A stretch of DNA of 64,000 nucleotides from Ferruginibacter sp. (GCA_040003235.1 JBDUCW010000005.1:1665-65664); one strand, 5' to 3'; positions 9,128-20,044 are shown, counted from the first letter of the stretch. Translations and numbers: made by a program. Notes: generated from the letters alone by a model not told the origin.

Positions 9128-10408
9128 TTATTTGAATTCAAAACCGATATCACTCCGGAAATAAATGTCTTCAAAATAAACCTGTTCCATTGCATACAAA
9201 GATTGCTCTGCAGCTTCAGCAATTGTATCGCCAAAAGAAGTCACCGCAAAAACGCGTCCTCCATTTGTAAGCGTGTTGATGCCATGCCTTTTTGTTCCGG
9301 CATGAAAGAGGATCGACCCTTCGATTGAAAGTTCAGCAAGGCCGCTGATGGGAAGATCTTTTTGGTATTCGCCTGGATAACCACCGCTCACCGCCATGAT
9401 CGCAACTGCTGTCCGCTGGTCGGTTTCAACCGTTATATTGCTGAGATTTTTTTGGGCTGCAGCCTGTAGCAGCAGCACCAGGTCGTTTTTGATTCTCGGT
9501 ATTACCACTTCAGTTTCCGGATCGCCCATGCGGCAATTATACTCAATTACACAAGGCTCCGAATTGTGATTCATTAACCCGATAAATATAAAACCGCAAT
9601 AATCAAGTTTGTCTTTTTGAAGACCGGCAATGGTAGGTTCAATAACTTTAGTCCTGACTTTCTCCAGAAACTCTTCACCGGCAAATGGAACAGGACTTAC
9701 AGCGCCCATGCCACCTGTATTCAGTCCGGTATCACCATCACCGATACGTTTATAATCTTTTGCTTCCGGAAGCATTACATAATCTTTTCCGTCGGTCAAT
9801 ACAAAAACGCTGAGTTCGATACCCTGGAGATATTCTTCAATAACAACTTTGTGACCGGCAGTGCCGAACTTGTTTCTTTGTACCATCAGTTCAAATTCAG
9901 CCAACGCCTCTACATGATTGCTGCAGATGAGTACACCTTTCCCCGCAGCCAGGCCATCAGCTTTTAAAACTATCGGCAAGGAATGGCCGTTGATATATTC
10001 AATTCCTTCTTTATAAGTCGTGTTATCAAATTCACGGTAAGCTGCAGTAGGAATATTATGACGGTGCATAAAATCTTTTGCGAATGCCTTGCTGCCTTCC
10101 AGCTGGGCGGCTTTTTGAGACGGTCCGATTACGAGGATATGCGCAGTGGAAGGATTGTTTTTAAAAAAATCGTAAATGCCTTTTACCAATGGCTCTTCAG
10201 GCCCCACCACGATCATGTCTATTTTTTTTTTCAGGCAGAACTGTGCCTGTTCTTCAAAAGCAGTAACGGCTATATCTATATTTTCCGCACATAATTCAGT
10301 ACCTGCATTACCGGGTGCAACAAATAAGAGATCACAGAGCGGGCTTTGTTTCAGTTTCCAGGCCAGCGTATGTTCTCTCCCCCCGGAGCCGATCAAAAGA
10401 ATGTTCAT
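9128..10408 (-). CDS. purD: Phosphoribosylamine-glycine ligase
   Basis: MNILLIGSGGREH N-terminus, ATP-grasp core, 426 aa, typical PurD C-terminus. Confidence 0.95.
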   Translation of the reverse strand: MNILLIGSGGREHTLAWKLKQSPLCDLLFVAPGNAGTELCAENIDIAVTAFEEQAQFCLKKKIDMIVVGPEEPLVKGIYDFFKNNPSTAHILVIGPSQKAAQLEGSKAFAKDFMHRHNIPTAAYREFDNTTYKEGIEYINGHSLPIVLKADGLAAGKGVLICSNHVEALAEFELMVQRNKFGTAGHKVVIEEYLQGIELSVFVLTDGKDYVMLPEAKDYKRIGDGDTGLNTGGMGAVSPVPFAGEEFLEKVRTKVIEPTIAGLQKDKLDYCGFIFIGLMNHNSEPCVIEYNCRMGDPETEVVIPRIKNDLVLLLQAAAQKNLSNITVETDQRTAVAIMAVSGGYPGEYQKDLPISGLAELSIEGSILFHAGTKRHGINTLTNGGRVFAVTSFGDTIAEAAEQSLYAMEQVYFEDIYFRSDIGFEFK

Positions 10409-10610
10409 GCAGAAAATGTTTTAGTGGGTGGTAATTAAAGTGTTGCGAATTTAATGCGCATTCAAATCAAAGCAATAAGAAATTTACCAACGGCATGTTG
10501 ATTTTAAAAAGGAATTTGATAAACGGGATTTAAATTTCTTCCTGCAACAAATAAATTCAGTATTTTGAGGTTTGATACATAAATTTTTTCAAGCATTAAA
10601 ACCAAGCTAT

Positions 10611-12371
10611 ATGAATGAACCGGTAAAACTAGGCAAACATCCGCGGGCACTTTATGTTTTGTTCTTTACAGAAATGTGGGAACGGTTCGCTTATTACCTG
10701 ATGGTGGGTATTTTGTTCCTGTATCTTACCAATGATACCACAGGTGGAAAAGGAATGTCTAACGCAAAAGGTGCCGATATCGTGGGCTCATTCATAGCAC
10801 TGGTTTACCTTACTCCGTTTATTGGCGGACTTATAGCAGATCGTTATCTCGGATATCTTAAATCAATTTTTTTTGGTGGAACACTGATGGCCATCGGGTA
10901 TCTTACCCTCGCCTTGCCTGGTGATACTGCTCTGTTTTCCGGGCTTGCCTGTATTATAATAGGTAATGGTTTCTTTAAACCGAATATTTCAACTTTACTG
11001 GGGGTTGTATATAACAGGGAAGACCTCAGGCCATTAAAGGACAACGCGTATAATATTTTTTACATGGGGATCAATATCGGCGCACTTGTCTGCAATTTCG
11101 CCGCCGCGATACTCAGAAACAAATACGGATGGGGATATGCTTTTGGTGCAGCGGGTATAGGATTGATCATCGGATTGATCTGGTTATTTTTTAATTTAAA
11201 GCAGGTAAAACAATACGATGTTAAGAAACCGATGCAACCGGGAGATATGCCGATCTCTAAAATATTCGGAAGCGTATTTCTGCCAATGATCATTGCCGGA
11301 ATAATCGGATGGTTCATTCCCGGTAATATTATGGGATCGGATTCCAACGATGCTTTTGTATTTGCCTGTGTTCCCATTATTATTTTTTATGTCAATCTCT
11401 GGCGTAAAGGATCACCGGAAGATAAAAAAGGAATCGGAGCATTGTTATTTGTTTTTACAATATCAATAATTTTCTGGACGATCTATAATCAGAATTCCAC
11501 TGGTCTTACACTCTGGGCAGAAAAACATACCAACCGCGAAGCTTCAGCTACAACAGCCAAGGTGGCTGATAAGCTATACCTGCTTCAAAACGTTACAACA
11601 ACTCCCCGTCTTATCGGAAAAGTGGATGAAAATTTTGTAGATGTAACCGATGCTTCCAAAATAGTGAAGTATGATACTACTTATACTTTTAATGAAAAGA
11701 AAAAGAAAAATGATACTGCGGTTTATGCAACAACCGAAAAAGGAAATATGATTGATACGGGAAGTAAAATTGTACAGATAATGGGGCCTGATCCGTATTT
11801 CAATAATGTGCCCAAAGATCAATGGCCGGCTGCCGGGGAGAGCAAACTCGCCAATACAGAATTGTATCAGTCTATTAATCCTGCATTTATTGTTATACTT
11901 ACTCCTTTGCTGATTGCATTTTTTGCGATGATGATGAGGCGCAACAAGCCAATTTCAACAGCCAGTAAATTTGCGTGGGCATTGGTCATTTCAGGATTAA
12001 GTGCTTTGGTAATGGTTTTTGCCGTGATGTCAGTGCCGAGTATTTACACGCATAAGGCGTCTTCATTATGGTTATTTCTTACTTATGGAATTTTTACGAT
12101 CAGTGAAGTCTGCTTGAGTCCTATCGGACTTTCTTTTGTTTCAAAACTGGCACCGCCGCGCCTCACAGCATTAATGATGGGCGGATGGTTTCTTTCAACA
12201 TCGCTGGGTGGAAAGGTTGCAGGTGTAATGGCTAGTTTCTGGGATAGAATTCCTGATAAAAGAATATTTTTTGGAGTGATCACAGCTGCTGCAATTATTG
12301 GGGGTCTGCTGATTTTTATGAAAGTAAAATCACTGAATAAAATCGTTAGGGATAAGACCGGATCCGAATAA
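10611..12371 (+). CDS. POT/PTR2 family di-/tripeptide:proton symporter (MFS)
   Basis: Start moved to the ATG at 10611. FFTEMWERFAYY and GGLIADRYLG PTR2 signatures. Carries a large hydrophilic insert between the two 6-TM halves. Confidence 0.85.
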   Translation: MNEPVKLGKHPRALYVLFFTEMWERFAYYLMVGILFLYLTNDTTGGKGMSNAKGADIVGSFIALVYLTPFIGGLIADRYLGYLKSIFFGGTLMAIGYLTLALPGDTALFSGLACIIIGNGFFKPNISTLLGVVYNREDLRPLKDNAYNIFYMGINIGALVCNFAAAILRNKYGWGYAFGAAGIGLIIGLIWLFFNLKQVKQYDVKKPMQPGDMPISKIFGSVFLPMIIAGIIGWFIPGNIMGSDSNDAFVFACVPIIIFYVNLWRKGSPEDKKGIGALLFVFTISIIFWTIYNQNSTGLTLWAEKHTNREASATTAKVADKLYLLQNVTTTPRLIGKVDENFVDVTDASKIVKYDTTYTFNEKKKKNDTAVYATTEKGNMIDTGSKIVQIMGPDPYFNNVPKDQWPAAGESKLANTELYQSINPAFIVILTPLLIAFFAMMMRRNKPISTASKFAWALVISGLSALVMVFAVMSVPSIYTHKASSLWLFLTYGIFTISEVCLSPIGLSFVSKLAPPRLTALMMGGWFLSTSLGGKVAGVMASFWDRIPDKRIFFGVITAAAIIGGLLIFMKVKSLNKIVRDKTGSE

Positions 12372-12393
12372 TTTTTTAATAACTTTTTTAGAA

Positions 12394-12425
12394 GGAGTTG
12401 AATTGAAATAATTCAGCTCCTTTTT
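12394..12425 (+). terminator. Intrinsic terminator after the POT gene
   Basis: GGAGTTGAATT / AATTCAGCTCC 11-bp stem (one G-U), 5-nt loop, then TTTTT. Confidence 0.75.
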
Positions 12426-12475
12426 ATTTGCAATCACAAATTTCTTTATCTTACCAAAACAAAAACTTTACTGCC

Positions 12476-14509
12476 ATGGCATTGTTTCAACCCTTCGTTC
12501 CGCCGCAAACAATTATGAAAGAACTGACCGTTAAGTCGGTGCTGCTGGGCGCTTTGTTCGGGGTAATTTTCGGCGCGGCCAACGTTTACCTGGCATTGAA
12601 AGCAGGGCTTACTGTTTCTGCATCCATACCTATTGCAGTAATTGCTATTACATTGGGCAGAAGATTTTTCAAGACCACCATTCTTGAAAACAATATCATT
12701 CAGACAACCGGAAGCGCCGGTGAAAGTATTGCATCAGGTGTGGCATTTACATTACCTGCATTTTTATTTCTTTCATCACCCAGCAGTGCTGAATATTTTA
12801 ATTACCTCACCATATTAATATTGGCAATCGTTGGAGGAATGCTCGGCACATTAATGATGGTGCCTTTAAGAAAAGCACTCATCGTAAATGAACATGATAC
12901 ATTGCCTTATCCCGAAGGAACTGCCTGTGCAGATGTTTTAAAAGCCGGAGAAAAAGGTGGTGATATTGCAAAGACTGCATTCTGGGGTTTGGGTGTTGCC
13001 TTTGCTTATGCAATTCTGCAAAAGATATTCGCCATTATTGACGAAGCACCTTATTATATTACGAAGCAAACCAATAAATTTTTTCCTTCTGCAAAGATCA
13101 GTGGAGAGATAACACCTGAATATCTTGGTGTTGGTTATATTATTGGACCACGCATCGGCGGCATTTTAGTGGCTGGTGGTATTTTGAGCTGGCTCGTTTT
13201 TATTCCTTTACTGTCTTTTATTGTATCACCTGATACCATTGCACACCAATTGGTAAAGCTCGGGTACCTTGCTGATATTACTAAAGATGGCGGCAAGGGC
13301 GGCTGGAATGCAGCAGCACATTCTTTCACCGATTATTCTGCAGCAATTTATTATGCATTCATACGACAGATAGGAGCAGGGGCAGTTGCTGCCGGAGGAA
13401 TTATTACGTTGCTCAAAACTTTTCCGACAATTATTAAATCTGTCAAAGGCAGTATTCACTCAATAAAAAATAATTCAAACGAAGCTGAAGGCGGTGTATT
13501 AAGAACAGAAAAAGATCTCAGTCTTAAAATCGTTGGTATCGGAATTCTTGCATTGGTGTTATTGATCTCAGTACTTCCACAGGTTCCCGGTGATAGTATT
13601 CTTCAGAAATTTTTAATTGGGATATTGGTGATTGTATTCGGAGCACTCTTCGTAACAGTTTCTTCAAGAATTGTAGGATTGATCGGATCGTCAAATAATC
13701 CAATCAGTGGTATGACGATTGCCACGGTGATGGGAACAAGTTTGATATTTCTTGCAGTCGGCTGGTCAGGAAAAGTATATGAACCATTGGTGTTGGTTGT
13801 TGGTGGAATGATCTGTATCGCTGCTGCAAACGCCGGAGCAACATCACAGGATTTGAAAACAGGTTATTTAATTGGGGCAACTCCACGCAATCAGCAGATC
13901 GGTTTATTTGTAGGCGCAATTGTATCATCAATCGTAATTGGTATTACGATTAAATATCTTGACAATCCAACAAAAGAAATGATCTCTCAGGGAATTTATC
14001 ATGGTATTGGTACTGAAAAATTTCCTGCTCCGCAAGCCACACTCATGGCCACTTTGATCAAAGGAATTCAATCTTTCAATCTTGATTGGCAATATGTTTT
14101 TACCGGTGTTTTTCTTGCGATCACAATGGAACTTTGTGGTGTAAAATCTTTGAGTTTTGCAGTAGGGGTTTATCTTCCCTTGTCAACAACATTACCTATC
14201 GCTATTGGCGGTGCCATTAAAGGTTTGGTTGATTGGAAAAAGAAGAAAGAAAATATTGCTGAAACGCCTGAAGAAGAGGAGCTGGGGAAAGGAAGTCTTT
14301 TTGCAACAGGTCTTGTTGCCGGTGGTGCAGTTGCGGGAGTTATTATCGCATTTGTTGCCGGTAGTTCAGGCGGAAGTAACTTTCTTGAAAGAGTAAGTCA
14401 GCAGGCGCATTTGAAAGAATGGTTCGGTGATGGAGGATTTAAAATTTTAGGTGTTGCATTTTTTGCATTGATGGGATGGATGTTATACCGCATTGCACGA
14501 AAGAAATAG
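12476..14509 (+). CDS. OPT family oligopeptide transporter
   Basis: Start moved to the ATG at 12476 (MALFQPF...). More than 14 TM helices. Conserved OPT segments (TGSAGESIASG, NPISGMTIAT, QDLKTGYLIGATP). Confidence 0.85.
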   Translation: MALFQPFVPPQTIMKELTVKSVLLGALFGVIFGAANVYLALKAGLTVSASIPIAVIAITLGRRFFKTTILENNIIQTTGSAGESIASGVAFTLPAFLFLSSPSSAEYFNYLTILILAIVGGMLGTLMMVPLRKALIVNEHDTLPYPEGTACADVLKAGEKGGDIAKTAFWGLGVAFAYAILQKIFAIIDEAPYYITKQTNKFFPSAKISGEITPEYLGVGYIIGPRIGGILVAGGILSWLVFIPLLSFIVSPDTIAHQLVKLGYLADITKDGGKGGWNAAAHSFTDYSAAIYYAFIRQIGAGAVAAGGIITLLKTFPTIIKSVKGSIHSIKNNSNEAEGGVLRTEKDLSLKIVGIGILALVLLISVLPQVPGDSILQKFLIGILVIVFGALFVTVSSRIVGLIGSSNNPISGMTIATVMGTSLIFLAVGWSGKVYEPLVLVVGGMICIAAANAGATSQDLKTGYLIGATPRNQQIGLFVGAIVSSIVIGITIKYLDNPTKEMISQGIYHGIGTEKFPAPQATLMATLIKGIQSFNLDWQYVFTGVFLAITMELCGVKSLSFAVGVYLPLSTTLPIAIGGAIKGLVDWKKKKENIAETPEEEELGKGSLFATGLVAGGAVAGVIIAFVAGSSGGSNFLERVSQQAHLKEWFGDGGFKILGVAFFALMGWMLYRIARKK

Positions 14510-14536
14510 TTGTTAGATGACAGTTGTTAGATGACA
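14509..14536. repeat. Family D tandem repeat, 2 x GTTGTTAGATGACA
   Basis: Perfect 14-nt tandem duplication. It begins at the last base of the OPT stop codon. Confidence 0.9.
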
Positions 14537-14650
14537 GTAGGACAAATACATGCTGCCGTTGGAATTTTATGGGTTGAAGTGACGGGCGGTTATATAAATG
14601 GAATATAAAGTGAGTAACTGACACTTTAAATTATAAAAAACCTTGAACGT

Positions 14651-14684
14651 TTTAAACGTCTTAAACATCTTAAACCTCCTTTAA
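14651..14684. repeat. Family G array: TTAAAC words at 9-nt period (reverse orientation of 59144-59187)
   Basis: TTAAAC at 14652, 14661 and 14670 (..CGTCTTAAACATCTTAAACCTCC..). Ends at the ggt ATG. Confidence 0.75.
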
Positions 14685-16598
14685 ATGAAAAAGATATTTT
14701 TTTTAATACTCATAACCTGTAGCGTACAACTGCTTTCTGCCCAGCGTACACAAAAGCCTCCCATTCATGGAAAGAACTGGATGGCGGTTACTGGAAAACC
14801 ATTAGCTGCAACTGCCGGAGCTATAATTTTTCAAAAGGGCGGTAATGCGGTTGATGCTGCCTGCGCTATGCTGGGCGCCTGTTGTACCATGTGGGATGTG
14901 TTGAGCTGGGGTGGCGAAACACAGGCACTTATCTATAATCCCAAAACAAAAAAAGTAATTGCCATCAATGCAATGGGTGTGGCCCCAACGGGAGCAACTG
15001 TTGAGTTTTTTAAAAGCAAAGGATATAATTTTCCACCGGAATATGGTCCGCTTGCTGCAACAACACCCGGTACTGTTGGCGGACTTTGTTATATGCTCAG
15101 CGAATATGGAACGATGAGTTTAAAAGAAGTGCTTGCCCCCGCAATGCAGATGGCTGCAGGTTATGCGATTGATGCGGAAACTGCCAATCAAATGGAACGG
15201 GGCAAAAAGATGATCAAGGAATGGCCTTACTCAGCAGCCGTTTTTTTTCCGCATGCCGGAGAAAAACGTGAAGCTCCGGAAGCCGGAGAAATTTTTGTAC
15301 AAAAAGATCTGCTGGCAACTTTAACTAAAATGGTAGAGGCTGAACAGGACGCACTGAAAAAAAAGAAATCACGCAAAGAGGCTATTATGGCGGCGTATGA
15401 TCGTTTTTATAAAGGTGATATTGCGCAGGAATTTGTCCGCGGTGCAAGAGAGCAGGGCGGCCTGGTCACTATGGAAGATCTAGCCAGATGGAAACCGGTA
15501 ATCGAAGAACCTTTGCATACCAACTATAAAGGCATCGAAGTTTATAAACTGCAGCAATGGACACAGGGACCAATGTTATTACAATCATTGAACATCCTCG
15601 AAAATTTTGATCTGAAAGCGATGAAGTATAACAGTCCTGAATACATTCATACGATCTATCAAACGATGAACTTAACTTTTGCTGATCGTGATTTTTATTA
15701 TGGCGATCCATATTTTCCTCCGGAAGAACCGATGAAAGGTTTATTGAGTAAAGAATATGCAAAGGAAAGAGCAAAGCTTATTTTGCCGGGAAAGAACAAT
15801 GCAAATGCGGCGCCTGGTGATCCTTATCCTTATGAAGGGAAAATAAATCCCTATGCAGATCTTTTAAAACAAAGAATGTTGCTGGCAGATACTTCATTAA
15901 AAAGTGGAACTGCTACTCCGAAACAGGATATGAATTTTATTCCTGGAAATAATACAAATGATCTCGCTGTAAATGATGCTGCTTACATGGATCGTTTATG
16001 GCGCGGCACCACTTCTGTTGAAGCTGCTGATACTTCTGGTTGGGTAGTATCCATTACACCCAGCGGAGGATGGCTCCCTGCCTGCATTGCAGGGCATACC
16101 GGCGTTGGCATGAGTCAACGTATGCAGAGTTTTGTATTGGATAAAACAATTGATCCGTTCAATGTGGTGGAACCGGGAAAACATCCCCGGGTTACACTAA
16201 CGCCTACGCTCGCCCTGAAAGATGGCAAACCATTTTTAGCATTCGGCGTACAGGGCGGTGATACACAGGACCAGAATTTATTACAGTTCTTTTTAAATAT
16301 GGTGGAATTTGGTATGACCGTTCAGCAGGCAACAGAAGCGGCGAATATCAACAGTAATCAGTTATGGTTATCATTGGGCGGAACGAAAACAGAAGACCGC
16401 AAACCAAGACCAGGTAATCTTTTATTGGGCAACAGTACACCCGAAGCAACAAGAACTGCATTAAAACAAATGGGTTATACATTAAGTTTTGGCGACAGGA
16501 CCAGCGGTCCGATCAATGCAATTTTTATTGACTGGAAACATGGCAGTTTCTGGGGCGGCAGTTCTAATAATGGAGAAGATTATGGGATTGGATGGTGA
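14685..16598 (+). CDS. ggt: Gamma-glutamyltransferase family protein (periplasmic)
   Basis: Signal peptide. Autoprocessing-site-like GTTSVEAAD. Ntn-hydrolase GGT family length and motifs (GGDTQDQ). Confidence 0.88.
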   Translation: MKKIFFLILITCSVQLLSAQRTQKPPIHGKNWMAVTGKPLAATAGAIIFQKGGNAVDAACAMLGACCTMWDVLSWGGETQALIYNPKTKKVIAINAMGVAPTGATVEFFKSKGYNFPPEYGPLAATTPGTVGGLCYMLSEYGTMSLKEVLAPAMQMAAGYAIDAETANQMERGKKMIKEWPYSAAVFFPHAGEKREAPEAGEIFVQKDLLATLTKMVEAEQDALKKKKSRKEAIMAAYDRFYKGDIAQEFVRGAREQGGLVTMEDLARWKPVIEEPLHTNYKGIEVYKLQQWTQGPMLLQSLNILENFDLKAMKYNSPEYIHTIYQTMNLTFADRDFYYGDPYFPPEEPMKGLLSKEYAKERAKLILPGKNNANAAPGDPYPYEGKINPYADLLKQRMLLADTSLKSGTATPKQDMNFIPGNNTNDLAVNDAAYMDRLWRGTTSVEAADTSGWVVSITPSGGWLPACIAGHTGVGMSQRMQSFVLDKTIDPFNVVEPGKHPRVTLTPTLALKDGKPFLAFGVQGGDTQDQNLLQFFLNMVEFGMTVQQATEAANINSNQLWLSLGGTKTEDRKPRPGNLLLGNSTPEATRTALKQMGYTLSFGDRTSGPINAIFIDWKHGSFWGGSSNNGEDYGIGW

Positions 16599-16774
16599 TG
16601 GATAATTGACGATAACGGCTGACAGAAATACAGCAGGAACTGTTGTATTGATATATGGTCAAATTTTTTTCGGCTATCAATAAATCTAACACTTCTCAAC
16701 CCTTATTAATTCAACGATATTCGTAAGCAAAAACTTTGGCATAATTCTTCAGCCATTATCTCCAAAAGAAAAAT

Positions 16775-17293
16775 ATGGATACCGATCAGCATCAAAATCC
16801 GGAAATGGAGAAAGTGGTAGAACGTAATGTTAATGCGCTTTTGGACAGGAAAAAAGAAGAAATCCGGAAACGCAATTTTCAGGAAAAATTAGTAGACTCG
16901 GTTACGTTATTTGCCAGCAGTATGGCTTCGGTGTATATTCACTTTTTGTTTTTCGGGATATGGATTATTTCTAATCTCGGCTGGCTGTACTTAAAACCTT
17001 TTGATCCTAATTTTATTATCCTTGCAACATTCGCAGCGGTAGAAGCTATTTTTCTTACCAGCTTTGTATTGATCGGTCAAAGACGCATGAATACACAGGC
17101 TGATAAATGGGCAGAACTTGATTTACAGATTAGTCTTTTAACCGAGCATGAAGTTACCCGCATTATGAATCTTGTTACTGCCATCGCAAAAAAGATGGAT
17201 ATCAAAGAAGCGCACGACAAAGAAATTGAAGAACTCTCCAAAGATATCCATCCCGAAACTGTATTGGATACTATTGAAAAAGTCACCCAATAA
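16775..17293 (+). CDS. DUF1003-like membrane protein
   Basis: Two TM helices followed by a coiled C-tail. PFDPNFIILATF..IGQRRM pattern typical of the family. Confidence 0.55.
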   Translation: MDTDQHQNPEMEKVVERNVNALLDRKKEEIRKRNFQEKLVDSVTLFASSMASVYIHFLFFGIWIISNLGWLYLKPFDPNFIILATFAAVEAIFLTSFVLIGQRRMNTQADKWAELDLQISLLTEHEVTRIMNLVTAIAKKMDIKEAHDKEIEELSKDIHPETVLDTIEKVTQ

Positions 17294-17304
17294 AAAATTT
17301 ATAA

Positions 17305-18144
17305 TTAATAATTGTATTCTATCATCACTCCTTTTATCGCCATATCACTGTTGCCTGGCCAGCTGGTGTTTGCACTAATAAAATAACCTCCTTTTGTGTT
17401 GTCAATAATATAAGGGCTATATAAATTAATAACTTCGGATCTGTAACCTGCCACCGCTCCTGATGAATAGGCACTTATTGGGAAACTGAATCCAGAGAAA
17501 AATCCTTCATACCCAAACGAAAAAGTAAAATCCTGAGCTGTATTATCATAATACGCAAAAGTGATTTTGGTCACTTTTGCACCGTTTGGAAGATGGATTG
17601 GTGCTGTTACTCCATAGCTCACTGCCGAGCTGTAGTAGATTCCACCGCCGCCCAGACCTTTAATGGTATTATAAACGGACGATTCTGCTGAAAAGTCCGA
17701 ACTGCTTAATGAATATACTTCGTTGTGTATAGGAACTGCAGGAGCCTGCCAGGTCGCATAGCCGAAACCGTCACTGGTCAATACGTTTCCTGCAGCAGCA
17801 CCGTTTCCCCTGATGCGCAAAGTGCCGTTCACATCAAGCTGCGCCGTGGGTGAAGTTGTATTAACTCCAACATAACCACTTGAATTTGCAATCGTGAACT
17901 TTGACGACCCATTGTTGGTAGCGAAGTTGAGGTCGGTTGCGCTCCACGTTTGCAGGTATGCTGAAACAATTGAAGTATAGAAACCAATTTCAGTATTTCC
18001 TGATTTTTGTGCAACGCCTTTATTACTGCCGTCAGATATTATAGTAAGCGGGTAGGTTGGTGTTGTAGTTCCGATGCCCACATTTTGTGCATGAGCTATA
18101 TAATATCCTCCAATCAATAATAAGAAAAAGATAATTCTTTTCAT
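17305..18144 (-). CDS. Secreted hypothetical protein with tail-fibre-like N-terminal repeats
   Basis: Signal peptide. NVGIGTTTPTYPLTI and YVGVNTTSPTAQLDVNG motifs. No known catalytic motif. Confidence 0.4.
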   Translation of the reverse strand: MKRIIFFLLLIGGYYIAHAQNVGIGTTTPTYPLTIISDGSNKGVAQKSGNTEIGFYTSIVSAYLQTWSATDLNFATNNGSSKFTIANSSGYVGVNTTSPTAQLDVNGTLRIRGNGAAAGNVLTSDGFGYATWQAPAVPIHNEVYSLSSSDFSAESSVYNTIKGLGGGGIYYSSAVSYGVTAPIHLPNGAKVTKITFAYYDNTAQDFTFSFGYEGFFSGFSFPISAYSSGAVAGYRSEVINLYSPYIIDNTKGGYFISANTSWPGNSDMAIKGVMIEYNY

Positions 18145-18541
18145 GGTTTAGACATTTAAATTTTGATGTTTATTATTTGGCCTCAAAAATAATAGCATGC
18201 TGCATAACTTCATCGACTGATTTAGAATTCGGTCATCTGTATGAATATCAGCAAGCGTTAACCGTAAAATTTTTTGCAAATTCATTTTGATTTCGGCTGA
18301 ACTACAATTTTTAAAAAATGGGTTAGAAAAATTCAAAGGCAAAAAATTCAATTCACACAGCCTTCAACTGTTTGTTTTTTAAAAGAAGGTTTTTGTGTAT
18401 TGCAAAAGCAAAGTGTAGATGATATGATGAGCAGGATTGAGAAAAAACAACGGCGCAGTAAATAACACTTTCACATTTCAGTAAAAGGTAAACGCCCAAT
18501 TTAGTAAGCTTAACAATTTCACGTTCAACAAAACAATTTAA

Positions 18542-20044
18542 TTATTCCGCAGGTTTTCCATCCACCATTATATTCTTCGAGTTTTTTAATTTGTATAAAG
18601 GCTTTGCAGTTTGCAGTTTTATTGACCTGATATCAATATCTGTTGCGTCAGTTGATTCAAAACCATGATCCGCTGTAATGTCAATATTCTGAAAATAAAT
18701 TTTACTCACGGGCATTTCGGGTAGTCCAACAATTGAGATAGCCGTTTCCGCACCTTTGCAAACAATATTGCTGAGATGAAAGTCCTGGAACATGGGAATT
18801 TTATCGGAAGCAGTTGTTTTAACATCAACAGCATTTTTTCCTGCGGGCACGTCTTCATAATAACTGCTGAAGAGGATCGCTTCATTTTTAATGCTGCTCA
18901 TGCTGATATTATTGATATAGATATCTTTTACCAATCCACCTCTTCCAGGATTACTTTTTACACGAATGCCGATATCAGTGCCTACAAAATTGCAGTCTGC
19001 AACATAGATATTGCGCATGCCGCCATCAGTGTTACTGCCGATCACAAAACCACCATGTGCACGCAGCACTGTGCATCCAGCAATTAAAATATTTTCCAGT
19101 TCAAAATTGTCAATACCTTTACTGCCGCTGCTTTTCATGCAAATACCATCATCGCCCGCATTGACATTGCAATTAAAGATCACAACATTTTTACAGGCAC
19201 TGATATCCAGTGCATCACCGTTCTGTGCCCACCAGTCGTTGTAAAAAAAAGCGCTGTTCAATGTAAGATGATTGCAATGATTGGGATAAAAAATAAACTT
19301 GGGTGAATTGCGGATGGTCACGCCTTCAATTAATATAGTATCGCAATGAATCAGATAAACCATATAAGGCCTGAGAAAATCCCTGGCAGGTAAATAATCA
19401 TTTACATCAGCCGTTTTATTTTTTAATTGCTGAAGATATATTTCACCATTCATAGCTTCTTTTGTAGGCCACCATATTTTTCCATCAGCACTTAATACAC
19501 CACCCGAAGCAATCAGTGCATTCCATTGCGCCGGTGTTTGTTTTTGTTTTTTTACCGGCCGCCAACTTTCGCCTGCACCATCAATAACTCCTTCTCCGGT
19601 GATGGCAATATTGCTTGCATTATAGGCATAGATAGGAGAGGCTGGTGCTACACCGTTAGTACTGCCGCCAACTTTTATCATTGGGTATTGGCTATGATCT
19701 TTTGTAAACAGGATCATTGCATCTTTTTCGAGATGAAGATTTACATTGCTTTTTAATTCAATAGGGCCGGTCAGCCAGTTGCCTGCAGGCACGACTACTT
19801 TTCCGCCACCCGCTTTATTACATACATCTATTGCTTTTGCAAATGCTGCCGTATTCAGTGTTTTTCCGTCATTTACTGCAGCATAATCAGTAATAGAAAA
19901 AGTTTTGTCTGCAAATTTTGGTTGGGCAACGGAAGGCATCGGAAAGGGCGCCATTTTGGTATAATAGGCAATATCTTTTTTGATCTGCGCAAAACCTGTT
20001 GCAATTAAAATTGCAAACAAAATGGATAAAAATATTTTTTTCAT
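18542..20044 (-). CDS. Glycoside hydrolase family 28 (polygalacturonase-like)
   Basis: Signal peptide. GH28 motif set in order: NGDALD, GDDGICMK, HGGFVIGS, GIRVKS. Parallel beta-helix repeats. Confidence 0.8.
   Translation of the reverse strand: MKKIFLSILFAILIATGFAQIKKDIAYYTKMAPFPMPSVAQPKFADKTFSITDYAAVNDGKTLNTAAFAKAIDVCNKAGGGKVVVPAGNWLTGPIELKSNVNLHLEKDAMILFTKDHSQYPMIKVGGSTNGVAPASPIYAYNASNIAITGEGVIDGAGESWRPVKKQKQTPAQWNALIASGGVLSADGKIWWPTKEAMNGEIYLQQLKNKTADVNDYLPARDFLRPYMVYLIHCDTILIEGVTIRNSPKFIFYPNHCNHLTLNSAFFYNDWWAQNGDALDISACKNVVIFNCNVNAGDDGICMKSSGSKGIDNFELENILIAGCTVLRAHGGFVIGSNTDGGMRNIYVADCNFVGTDIGIRVKSNPGRGGLVKDIYINNISMSSIKNEAILFSSYYEDVPAGKNAVDVKTTASDKIPMFQDFHLSNIVCKGAETAISIVGLPEMPVSKIYFQNIDITADHGFESTDATDIDIRSIKLQTAKPLYKLKNSKNIMVDGKPAE

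Noticed and set aside
8953-9234. 93-aa minus-strand ORF spanning the mreB-purD gap and the purD 3' end.
   Set aside because: It overlaps the well-supported purD C-terminus in another frame, and its composition is not protein-like. The region more likely holds the mreB promoter.
14509-14536. Short tandem repeats (here and at 63429-63456 and 59144-59187), checked as possible CRISPR arrays.
   Set aside because: The units are 9-14 nt and directly adjacent with no spacers. There are only 2-6 copies and no cas genes, so they are not CRISPR.
18148-18351. 67-aa ORF in the 397-bp gap between the tail-fibre-like gene and GH28.
   Set aside because: It has no motif and atypical composition, and the ORF track start may be non-ATG. 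The gap is more likely promoter and terminator space. I could not identify any structured RNA there by eye.
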